Origin: Paraspadella gotoi
Lineage: Eukaryota; Animalia; Chaetognatha
Length of the DNA stretch: 64,000 nucleotides
Assembly: GCA_051294375.1 (NCBI GenBank)
Contig: CM119267.1
Span: 21,397,755-21,461,754, forward strand
Reading direction: 5' to 3'
The notes beneath the pieces were generated by a model. That model was not told where the DNA came from. It searched no databases and worked only from the letters and a program-made list of their open reading frames with translations. Positions 24,501 to 36,023 of the stretch are shown piece after piece. The stretch's first letter is position 1, and the number at the start of each line of letters is the position of its first letter. The position numbers and the translations under genes are program-made.

Positions 24501-27500
24501 AGTATTATCCACCCTTACAGTCGCATAATCTCCGTGCCCGTGACTCTGTAGCGGATACTTCTTGTAGGTCTTCATGAGCTTCTTGACGACTTCGTAGATG
24601 AAGAGGGTCGCCACGAGCAGCTCGATGATCTCTTCAGCGAAGCGGGTGATCACGGCGGCCAAGACTGACCCTTCGAGGGCGACGACGATGATGGCGAGGA
24701 CGGCGATCCAAAATCCCACCCAACATCTGAAAGGGGAAGATTGGTGGATAAATCGTAGTCAATTTTAATATAAAAAGCTTAGAAATTAAGATTGAATGAC
24801 TTTTTAAAATTTTTTTTAAATAGCTTAATTAGTGATTTTAAATCTTACGTAGGCGTGTGTCCATTAAAAAAAGTTTTAACCGATTCGTTGAATTAAAATT
24901 AGAAGAATAATCATTATTATCTGAATCAATGCTTTTCTCAATATAAGGAGAAAGATACTATACTATTGACATAAAAAACTGGGGAAAAAAATTGAGAAAA
25001 CCTAGGGCTGAAAATTGTTGACAAACAATTTAACACATTTCAAATTTAAAATATATACATTTATACTTATATATTAAAGTCATTAAACCGTAAATTATAT
25101 TCAGTACTAAAATAAAAGGGAGGGGCGAAATTCGAATAAAAATTTCAAAACACCTATGATTGATTGTGGCAAAATTAGAAGGGGAAAATTAAGCCTAATT
25201 TATTAGAAAAAAAACATTAAAAGGCGATTTATCTTTCAAGCTGACGACTTGTTCCTCATCATGAATTGCCGATCGACGAATCGCAAATCGAAAATTGGAT
25301 TTGAACCGGAAATGGGAGGGCGATTATATTTGGGATTATTAACTTTAATTTTTTTTAAATTTAATGGTTAGGAGTGGTTTTAGTAAACAAAAACGTATGT
25401 TTCAAAAATAAATGTTACACACACTGTTTTATACTCTCTAACCCTCGATCAAAATCAAAATAAACAAAAAGACAATGAAGGAGATTTGAAAAGTTGTAAA
25501 AACTACGACAAACAGACGTTTTCTATAAACAACAAAATAAATAAATTAGTTCGTTAAATAGTTAATTACTTTAAGTAGATAAAATATTACTCATTTAAAT
25601 AGTCAATTTAAAAAGAATTAGTTAATCTAATCATATTCGAGTCAATTTAAAAAAATTCCACCTGAACTCCAAGAATGCGATGTCGTACGTGACGCTAAAA
25701 TCGTACAGCGCGTCCTCGAACATCAGCAGTGGTCCGGTCACGAGCCACGTGGATTTCGAGGCGGTTGTGCGGACAAAGAGGGAAAAGATCACTCCGCCGA
25801 CCGCCGTTCCGATGAGCGTCTCCTGGCGGTGTGGATTTTGGGAGGGGGGGGGGGTTTGAATGAATAGCAGAAAATTTCAATGTGTCTACTATTTGCAATT
25901 ACATTATAACATTATAATTCTGTCACAGTCTTCACTCTTGGTTTGTCCCGATATTTTTAAAAGAATAATTAGCGTCATTCACCTTAAATATTTCATCGCA
26001 TTTTTATTGCCTGTTTATTCGACAGTCAACAACAGTCAACGATTATTTTCATCAAATTTATCTTTTCCCTACATGTTAAAAAAAATAAAAAATTAAATTA
26101 AGTTAAATGTTGGGAAAAAAAAAAAAAAAAAAAAACTCTACGTGAAGACAACTTCTCACCTGTATGCCCAACCAGTTGCCCGTGAGATCAGCCAAGAGAC
26201 TCCCGAAGGTGACCGCGGGAGCCAAAGCGGTGAATAGGAGGAAGATGATGGAGAAGACGCATTGGAAGTTGAAGGCGTCTTTGAAGTCGCTGGGGTAGTG
26301 TTGGTAGCTGAAAAACAAGTTGGTGACTAGTTAGTTAGTAACTTAGTACGTAGTTTGTAGTTACTACTAACTAGTCAAGATAAAACCTCGTATTATCAAC
26401 TTCTGCCAGTAGTTGGGTCCGTATAGACAAGATACTACGCAGGACAACGTACCGATACATCTATATGAAAGCTTATATTAAATTTCTACATCTTAATGAT
26501 GTAGTGGGGCTTAGTTACTCGTTGGAAAGAGAAAAAGGTATGATAAAAAAATTCTGCCAAACCTTTCTTTTTTTTAGTTAAAAATAAAGAAAACTAGTAA
26601 CCAAAGATAAAGATCAAATGGTAAGCTTTTCCCCACCGCTGCTTGATATCTTTCCAAGCTCCGTGAAAAGCTCGTCCCTTTCGCTCCAGTTGAGCCAACT
26701 CGTTGTGTCGCTCTAGTTGTTTTTGCTTTTCTCGCTGGAGCTGACGACGTCGCCTAATAATAAATTATTTTTTGGGTATTTATTTATTTATTTATTAATT
26801 AGATAATTAACAGATTTAGTAGTTAACTATTTATTTAATTATTTATAAATTTATTTATTTATTAAATAATTAAATAATTAATTTATTTATTTATATATTA
26901 ATTAATTTATATTTTTGTTCATTATTTTCCAAGGCATTTATCATGATTTTATATTTTTATATTTTATTTTATTTTATTTTATATTTATATTTTTATATTT
27001 TATATTTTTGTTCATTATTTTCCAAGGCATTTATCATGATTTTAATTTAAACAAACAAACGTACGTAAACACTGACCAAAATCAATTACCTGACGGGATT
27101 GTCCATCTTGTCGAGCTTCTTGAGCAGCTTGTCGTCCCAAGCACCCGGCGGCAGCACCACAGAATCATCGAGGAAAGTGTTGATGCCTTTGAGGAGATCC
27201 TCCTTTGTTTCCGCTTGGAAGGCGACCTCGTTGAAGTTGGTGTTGGCCATCAGGGTGGAGATCGATCGCCCGATCTCGTGGTAGTTCACGCTTTTATTTC
27301 AGGGATGGCCAAAGTGGTTTTGCGTTTTGGGTCAATATTAGTTAGTTTATTAGTAGTTTTACAATATTAACGAGTATCTATTTCATCCGTGCAAAAGCTA
27401 AACAATTTTTAAACATTTTTATTTTCATTTAATATTCAGCGGCATAATTCGATGTCCTCATTAGCAAAAGTCAAAATTATTAATTAAAATTAGCACTCTT

Positions 27501-27914
27501 TATCCACTTTCGGCTATTAGCGATTCTCATTTTAGTTTATTTCTTTTTTAGACTTAGACATTTGACCAATCACAGTTTTCAAATTAAACATATGGCACTT
27601 TCTTCACAACCCTTCACAACTTATTCACAACCACTACTAACCTGGTCTCCTCCTGCTCCGGCCCGAGCAGGATAAAGATGAACCTCACGGGCAGCGGGAC
27701 CTCCGTGAGGTTCCCCAGCATTTGTCCCTCCATCAGTCTCACGAATCCCATGATGGGTTTGTCAAGGAAGTCGACGGATCCGACTAGGACGGCGAAGGCT
27801 TCCGCGCCTTCGGGGATCTTGTTGAAGATGTCGGGGACATCGGGTTTTTCTTCTTCTGGGGTTTGAATCTTGACTTCGGGGGGTTTGTCGCTGTGAGGGG
27901 GGAGGGGAGGGAGT

Positions 27915-27986
<72 letters not shown>

Positions 27987-28439
27987 AGTACATTACAAGT
28001 TAGTAAAAATAAGACAAAAATTAGTTGAGATGTGAAATATATAACGTTTTTGTTCTTGGCCAGTGGAGCCCGTGAGCGTGTGAAGCGTTAATAGTAAATA
28101 GATTCTCTCACAAAGCGACAGCACGCCGAATAATTATCAATAAGTAAACGTTCTACACCACGTTTAACGTTTATAACTTTATCGATACAAATTTTAAGGG
28201 TAACCTTCCTTTGATAAAAACTTCAGAATCCTAATTATCTAAAATTAAAATGAAAATTGCATTAAAATGTCCAATTAAATGTTAAAGTTAAAAGTTATTT
28301 ATCACGCTGCTTTAATTTTTTTTTTCAATCAGGATCGATTTTTTTTTGTTTGTTATTTTTTTTTTAAATTTTTGTTGTTGGAATTTCCTCGTTTTTTCTA
28401 ATTCCTCTCTCTCTCTATCTCTCTCTCACTCTCTCTCTA

Positions 28440-28537
<98 letters not shown>

Positions 28538-31500
28538 CTACCCCTTTTCGCCCACCTAACCCCCTCCTATCCAAACCACCACCACCACCAAATTCACCCA
28601 GTCACCAAAACCCATTCACCTGTGAGACTCTTTGAAAAAGAACCTAATTTCATCGACGGGAGCGAAACCGACTTTTTTCTTTTCAGCAGCAGCCGCCTCA
28701 GCCGCCGCTTCCTCCGCCTTCTTGGTCAGTTGCTCCAGCAGCTTCTCGTTGAGTCGGTTCTCCTGATTCAGATGAGAGCCGCGCGGCGACGTCGGCGTGT
28801 TGGAACCGGATCCCGCGGTGCTGCCCGCGGTGCTGCCCGCCGTGCTGCCCGCCGTGCTGCCGTCGTTGCTGCCGTCTTTACTCCCGCCGCCTGGAGTGTC
28901 AGAAATTATATAATTTTGATTTTCATTTATTTATTCATTAATTCGATTATTTATTCTTTCACACATCCATTTTTTTTCTACGAAATTATGGTATGATGAT
29001 CGATAATGAAATTTTTTAAAAGTTTCTCTTGCTTTCTGACTTTCTTGTCATGAAAATATACAAAAACAAATTATGATATATATTACTTAGTTGAAGAAAA
29101 AAAACTTTTTATGGGCTTCTTGAATCTGTTATTGAAAATTAAAATCTATTTTTCAATTCCTGTTCATTAATAACATTTTAAATTCCCTCATTTTGTAAAT
29201 ATGCCCCACTAATTGACAAAGTATTAACACAAAACGATAAAATGAGTTGAATTCTTTCCCCCGCTCTTTCCACCCCCCCTCCGCCCCCTATCTCACCCGG
29301 CACCGCCAACAAGTTCCCACTCTTCGCCCTCCCCGACGTCGGAGCCAAAGAGAGAGACCGCGCCGACTTCCGGATGGAATCCGCCTTCAGACTCAACCGG
29401 CGAATGCTGGCGCGCCGGATCGAGCTGAGGCGTCGCTTGAAGGCGTTGACGGGCGGTTCCGGGTTGTTGTGGCTGTGCTTGAGGAGAAGGGCGCTGGTGA
29501 CGAAGACGCGTTTGTCCGCGTCGATCTGTTTGTTGTCGATCATCTTGGTCGTGATGGAGTTGACGATGCCTGGAAGGTCTTCCTTCTCCAGATCGAGGAT
29601 CACCGTCCCGAACTCGAGGCCTTTGGGGAGAGTGGGGGGGCGTTGTGTGTTGGGTTTGAGGGGGTAGGGTCGGGAAGGTTTGAGTGGGTTGAAGTAGAGA
29701 GTAGGTTAATAGTAGGTTCGATTTAAATAGGATGGGACGTAGAACCTCTATAGAACCACTTTATACTGTATACAATATACATTATCCATAAAGAACTATA
29801 AATACTTTAATCAATACACTAAACAGATAATATACGCAATTACGCATAATGATATTTATGAAGAAAAAATTAAGTTTAGAAATTAAATAAATCCTAAGTA
29901 TGAAAATTTAAAATACTAGTATGAGCAAATGAAAATATACTAACCTAAAAAATTTAAACTTTTTAATATATGTAAAACCTAAAAAAAACCCTTCAAAAAT
30001 AGCTCATCTATGTAAATCGAAATATTAGCGAAAAAAATAAAAACTGCATTATTCAACAAAAATTGTCTTTTATAATTGTCTCTAATAACAAACAAAATTG
30101 AGAAATAGACCTTAGAATTAAAACTTAAAAATAAGAGCCTGCAGCGAATTTACAGTTAATACGGTCTTCCACTCTCACCTCGAGACAACTGGAGCAAACT
30201 TTGAAAGGAGAGCATCGCGATGTGAGGCTTGCTCCAGCGATCTACTTCTTCCTCCACATTTTCCTCGTATTTGATCCAACGAGCCGACTCTTTCCACTCC
30301 AGCGATTTGCCGCAAGCAGACGATTTTAGCTAAATTCCAACAAATGTTATCGATGCAAAGATGTAATTTCAAGCTGGTTCATTGTGAAAAAAAATAAAAC
30401 CAAAAAGGTTGACCTCGGGACCTTTCGATTACTTCACCAAATCCCCCTGAGCTGACCTGCGACAATTCGACGAAAAGATCTCGAGATTCCCGCCTTTTTG
30501 AGGAAGGTCGGGACTTGGAGGGTGAGGAAGAAGAGGAAGGGAGGGCTGGAGCGGAGGGCGATGGGTCGAAGGTGGCGGACGTGACCTTTTCCGAGAATCC
30601 AACCGATTTGGGTTTTTCCTTCATGGACCCGAGATGGATTATGGTGCCCATGGTGGAAGTGGGGCGGATCTTGTGTCGTCTTGTGCGGGGGCACAGGGTG
30701 GGATTAGAAAGGGGGATTAAAGAAAGGGGGATTTGAAAGGGGATTAGAAAGGGGGATTAGAAAGGGGGATTAGAAAGGGGGATTGAAAAGGGGGATTAGA
30801 AAGGGGGATTGAAAGGGGGATTTGAAAGGGGGATTAGAAAGGGCGAAACGGGGTGTGGGTTAAATTTGGCACATCTTAAGTATAACCGTCAGAATAAAAG
30901 CCTTCCCCAGGGCGGGTGGCGAGGGGCGACGTCAGGGGGGTTTAGTTTTTTTTTTTAGCATTTAGGGGTAACCCCGTGGCATATCCCATTGGATCCAGAT
31001 TGATCGTGGGGAAAAAAAATTCCAGGTCGATTATGAAAAGCTGCTCCGAGAATTTGATAGTTTGAAAATTAGAAATATTGTACAGGTTTCTCATCTGGTC
31101 AACTAATCATTTGTTCCACATCAACGTAGATCCGACGAGAAAACATAACAAAAATTCTTCTCATAAGGTCGACAGCCGATCTGGCGATATACTATCGCCG
31201 ATAAATTAATTCGATTATTCATTTTGTTCTCTCCTTTTTTTCTCTCTTATTTTCTTTTCTTTTTTCTTTTCTTTTTTTTATTTAGCCCTTTCTTATTATT
31301 TCTTTTATTGTGTTTCTATTCTTTCCCTTCCTTATATTTTCTTTCTTTTTTGTCCTTTTGTCTTTTATTCTTTTCTTTTCTTTTCTATTTTGCCTTTTCT
31401 TTTCATTTACTTTGTTATCTTTATATTTTTTCCTTAACTGTTCTTTCCTTTTCTCTCTTTTATCTTTTCTTTTTTTTAATTGCTCTTTTATTCTCTTGTC

Positions 31501-33496
31501 CTTTTTATTATTTTCATATTTTCATTTATTCATTTCTTTGTTTATTAATTTATTTTTGGGTTAATTTATTCATTTATGTTTACTTTCCCTTTCCATTTCC
31601 TCACCTCAGCCCCTGAAAATCGTCCCGCCTGTGACTTCTCATGTCGTCCAGATCGACGCCCGCGAGAGTGTCGGCCTCGGAAGCGTCCGTCGGAGGCGTC
31701 GCGTCGGTCTGGGACGACCTCTTCCGGTGACGATGATGCGAAGAGTGGCCGGAGGAGGAATGCTTCGATTCGGTGGAGGATTTTCTGTGGGGGCGCTCGT
31801 GGTTGAAGACGTCATCTCCGTCGACGGAGCGCTCCTGGAGGGTGTTGAGATGTTAATTAATTATTAATTAGGTTTATTAACTAACAAACGATCAAAAATC
31901 AACAGGTTATCAAAGCTTTATTTATGCACTTTTTCGTTGATAAAATAGTAACGAACAATGAAAAGTATTAATTAAATGAAGTATATTAAAATAAAAAGAA
32001 AGAATCGAGCAAGTTTGAAATAGAAACGGAAATAGGAATTCTATCAGACTTGATCCAAACACGACAATATGAAAATGAGATTTAAGTACTAAAGATGAGA
32101 TCATGTATGCATGATAAATACCTGAAATCCGAACGATTCCGGCGCCGCCGACGACACCAACTCGTCCGAAACGCGGCGCCCTTCTCCGGCGCCGTCCTCG
32201 CGCCGCGCCGGTTTGGCCCTACGACGCCGGTTTTCTTTGTCGAAGACGTTGGAAGATTTTCGTTCGATATTTTCGCGGAGATTGACGATGCTCTCCGCGG
32301 AGGAGGACGTCGTGGACTTGTCCTTGGCCTCGTTGTCGCTCTTGTCCTTGGTGTCGTACCTCTTGTCCTTGTCGTCCGGATGAAGGAAGGACGATTTGTC
32401 CTCGTACCTTTTGTCCTCAATGTCAGCCTTGTGTCTTTCGCGTTTATCCTCTTTGTCCCTGTCATCCCCCGACTCCTTGTCCTTGTCCTCCTCTTCCTTG
32501 TCCCCCTCCTCATCTTCTGGGATCTGAATCTTAATCACCCTGGATTTCTCAGCCTCCTCTTCCACGTCTCTCTTCTTGTGATGATGATGGTGATGATGAT
32601 GATGGTGATGATGATGTCGTTTGTGATGATGATGATGTTTGTTGGCTTCGACGGGATGATGGACGTTGACTTGTTCGGATCGATGGACCTCGATGTCGTC
32701 TTCGTCGAAGCTTGAGGATTTGAAATGGGTACAACCGATATATTAAAATTCATCATTTAAATAATTAATTAAATTAAAAAATTAATTCTGCTGAGGAATT
32801 AATTTAAAACAACTGATTCTCGGACATTCTTTCTCGTAAAAGCGGTGGTCGCTTATGTGAGCAACTGAGGTTTTTAAATCCAACAAATATGGAAGCGAAT
32901 AAACATAAATAATTGTTATGAGTTGGTGAGAAAACCGTATAACTAGTCCCTGAGCTTCTGAGCAGGCTGTAACACCGTCCATCAAGAGGTCTCAAACTCT
33001 CAATTGCTAGGCGTCCACCGGGCAAGAATCCCGGTTGTTGGCGTTAAATTGGAATGAACTTTATAAATTTTATTGATCTCCTTTCGCTGTTTTGAAATTA
33101 TTCCAATTAAACCTAATCCAATGAAGGCGTAATCGGCTAGCTCGGAAATTGTTTCAGACGAAAATCAATTGACAAAATCTTCACCATGACAATAAAAACA
33201 GCTAATTAAAAACGGATCAAAGAAGCTTTAATGATTTCCGATCTTAAAAGAATTTTTTTAAAGAGAAAACTAGTTTCAAATACGTTAACAACAATATGCA
33301 AATTAGATTAAAGGCATATATATATATGTAAGAATATAATTAAATATTCGTGTTCTTATAAAAAAAAATTTAGTCAGTAGCGTTTATAGCTCAAGAATCT
33401 CATTTAGTGTCTCGCTTCTTCGATTAATTTATCAATTTGTTTCAGTCGCAATGAACTTTTAATTGATTTTTAATAGATGAAAACAAAACAACTAAA

Positions 33497-33578
<82 letters not shown>

Positions 33579-35675
33579 CTCCACCTCCCGCTCCCTCCCC
33601 TCGAATACTGCCCCCTGCCCTCATACTTGTCGAGGTCGACGCTTTCCTTCCGACGTCCGTGACGCCGACTCCGTCTCTTCGGCGTCCGCGCCAGCGTCAC
33701 TTCCGCAGCAGCCGCAGCCTCCGCCGTCATCATCGGGGAGGGGGTGGCTTCGGACGTCGGGTCCATGCGGAAAGATGGGAGACGATGGTGACCGTCGAAG
33801 CCTTTTGGGGTCACGGTGCGGGTTTGGCGGGGGGGTGGGGGAGGACGTATTAGGGAGACTGGTTTTGACACATTTGTACGAAATTGGTACAACGATAAGC
33901 TATTTTGCCTTGTGGTTTAGGGCCTCCATGACTCTTACAAGAACATACATGACAAGAACATACATTAACATACAATAACATAGCAGGACTCTGGAAACTC
34001 TCAATCGAGACTATCTCACAGTCTTTTTTATTAACTCCCAGACTACTTGGCTTCCCTACCATGGGAATTCAGAATTAATTAATTGTAATTAATTATTCAA
34101 CGGCATATGGTTCCAAACCATAAGCGGTTTTAAAGTCGAAAATTTCAAGTCCTTTCGACGCTTGTTGGTTTTAAAATCTTTCATCGTCGAAATGGCTCAA
34201 AGGAAGATTCCCCCCAGAGCGGTAACTGAGGCCCACCCACCATTGTTTTTGTATAAGACCGAAATTTAATGTCATATTTTTCGGTTCTCGTTTCAATTCA
34301 TCTCAGTTAGTATTGTTGAACGAAATTAGCAATTTCGATCTTTTTATTTATATTTTATTTAAATGAATTTTCAATTTAAGTTGAATCGTTATCTTCCAAA
34401 AAAAATCCATATTCTTCTCATTTATTAAATTCGTTCCATTTTAGTTCATCACATTTATTCCCAATTCATTCCATTTCATCCAGTTCGCCATATTTCAGTC
34501 ATTTCGTTCCATAATGAATTTAATTTCAGATCACCCATTTCATATCATTTTTCAAAATCACATTTCATCTTTATTCATCTTAAATTGTCCGACGTCGTCT
34601 GTTTAATTATTTAATTTATCCTACTCGATCAACTCACTTCATTCCATTTCATTTTAATTATATTCCAAATGTATTTTACTCAGTATTTCATCCCACTTCA
34701 CCCTCCCCCCCAGGGCCCCCCACTTTCACCCTTCCCTCTCACACCTGTCGGCACACCGGCGAAGACGTCTCTCATTTCCGGTTTCGCCTGAGTGAAAGAT
34801 TTCAACGCCGGTTTCAACGGAATTCGTTCCAGACGAAAAGTGACGCCGTCGGTCAAAGGCGGAGGCGGCGTCGGCTTGGCGGCGAGCTGCCCGACGGGTT
34901 CCGCAACGGGCTGCTTGACGGCGGCGGGGTGCCCGACGGAATCAGCGTCGTCGACTACCGGGTCAGCCTCGTCCTCGGACGGCGTCGTGACCCGAAAAGT
35001 CGGCAGCGGCGCTCCTAGATGATCCTGCCCGAAATTCGGGGGCGTCGGAGTCCTTCTGATGACCCACGGCGCCGGAATGACGACGTCGTTATCGGCGTCG
35101 TCGTCGGCGTTCGTGACGTCCATCGCCGGAATCGTCTCTGCTTTCTCTTCCGGCGCCCAGATTCTGAGAGAGGGGATCGGCGAGGGTTGTCTGGCCGATG
35201 GTGGCGTCGTGGATTGCATTGCAATATTTACGGCGTCTTCGTCTTCCACGGACCAAGTCTTCTTAAAGTCTGGAATCGGCGCCGCTATGCCAGTTCGTCT
35301 CGGGGATGACGGCGCCGGTGTCTTGATGGACTCTTCCGTCGTCGTCACGACTAGAGACGGCGTCGCCGCCGAATAGCCGGCGCGTCTCGGCGACGGCGTC
35401 GAACCTTTTTCCGGCGTCGTCACCACGACTTCAGGCACGTCGATCGATCGTAGAGTTTGACGGGTGCCGGGAGTCGATGCTGCCGTCGCCGCTGCGGATG
35501 GAGCAGCCGCCGAAGCTGCTGAAGACGTCCGCGACGCACCCAGCGCCTCGTCGTCTTCCGAAGTCCCCGTCGTAGTTGAGAGTGACTCGTCGGAAGGCGC
35601 CTCAGCGATGCTGGAGAGAATCTCAGTTATTCGATGAGATGGAGGAAGAAAAGCGTCTTCGTCCTCTTCCTCCAT
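19803..35675 (-). CDS. SLC4 family anion exchanger/bicarbonate transporter (AE2/AE3-like), paralogue B with long disordered N-terminus
   Basis: Exons approx: 35675-34745, 33801-33627, 32710-32122 ([11 protein letters not shown]..poly-His), 31834-31605 ([17 protein letters not shown], cf. AE2 DLDxMKSHRFEDVPGVRR), 30679-30457, 30329-30179, 29620-29297, 28890-28620, 27890-27642, 27290-27090, 26753-26637, 26307-26160, 25822-25662, 24726-24519, 24218-24000, 23474-23378, 22941-22726, 21281-21119, 20798-20660, 20110-19803 (stop TGA). Intron positions match paralogue A. The link of the two 5'-most exons rests on phase compatibility only. Indels near 23440 and 25740-25780. Confidence 0.92.
30698..30843 (+). 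repeat. Minisatellite of ~12-13 bp units (GAAAGGGGGATTA)n, ~11 copies
   Basis: Directly visible tandem array just upstream of the SLC4-B exon acceptor at 30679. Confidence 0.9.
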
Positions 35676-35813
35676 GATGTTGATGTTGTGGCGGGAGTGG
35701 TCACACGAGGTTGTGGCGGGAGTGGTCACACGAGGTTAAAGGGGTGGTGGGTATGAGGTGGTGACCTAAGGGTGGATTGGTATTCATAATTCAATATTCA
35801 TTTATTCAATAAT

Positions 35814-36023
35814 TGTGACGAATCCTAAATTCAGTGAAACTAAGCTCGTCCCATTAGCTTGGACAACCGTGAGTTCCGGGTTCTATCCCTTCACGGATAT
35901 GTTGGTTAAGTGTCATGGTGTCGTGCCAGTGACATGGGGTGGTCACTGCCGGTCGAAAGCCCCGAGCGCCAGGTGTCGGGAGATGCCTCACTCCCCGAGC
36001 ATCACACATGTGTCCCCGTTGCC
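35814..36023 (+). mobile_element. Structured GC-rich dispersed repeat, copy 2
   Basis: See 11692-11918; lies ~140 bp upstream of the putative SLC4-B start codon. Confidence 0.7.

Noticed and set aside
23378-25822. Frameshifts in SLC4-B (~23440, ~25740-25780) suggesting a pseudogene
   Set aside because: Indels cluster in short patches and homopolymers, and the same pattern hits the highly conserved GNAO last exon; sequencing error is far more likely.
30698-30843. CRISPR-like or telomeric array
   Set aside because: No unique spacers, eukaryotic intron context; an ordinary minisatellite.
32082-32756. Overlapping antisense and alternate-frame ORFs over GC-rich exons (also 11039, 29247, 34792-35376, 56295, 58698-60075)
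   Set aside because: Shadow ORFs caused by high GC3 codon usage of the real genes.
35814-35870. HDV-like ribozyme suggested by a minus-strand GCTAATGGGAC end
   Set aside because: Could not build P1/P3/P1.1 with the required L3 sequence.
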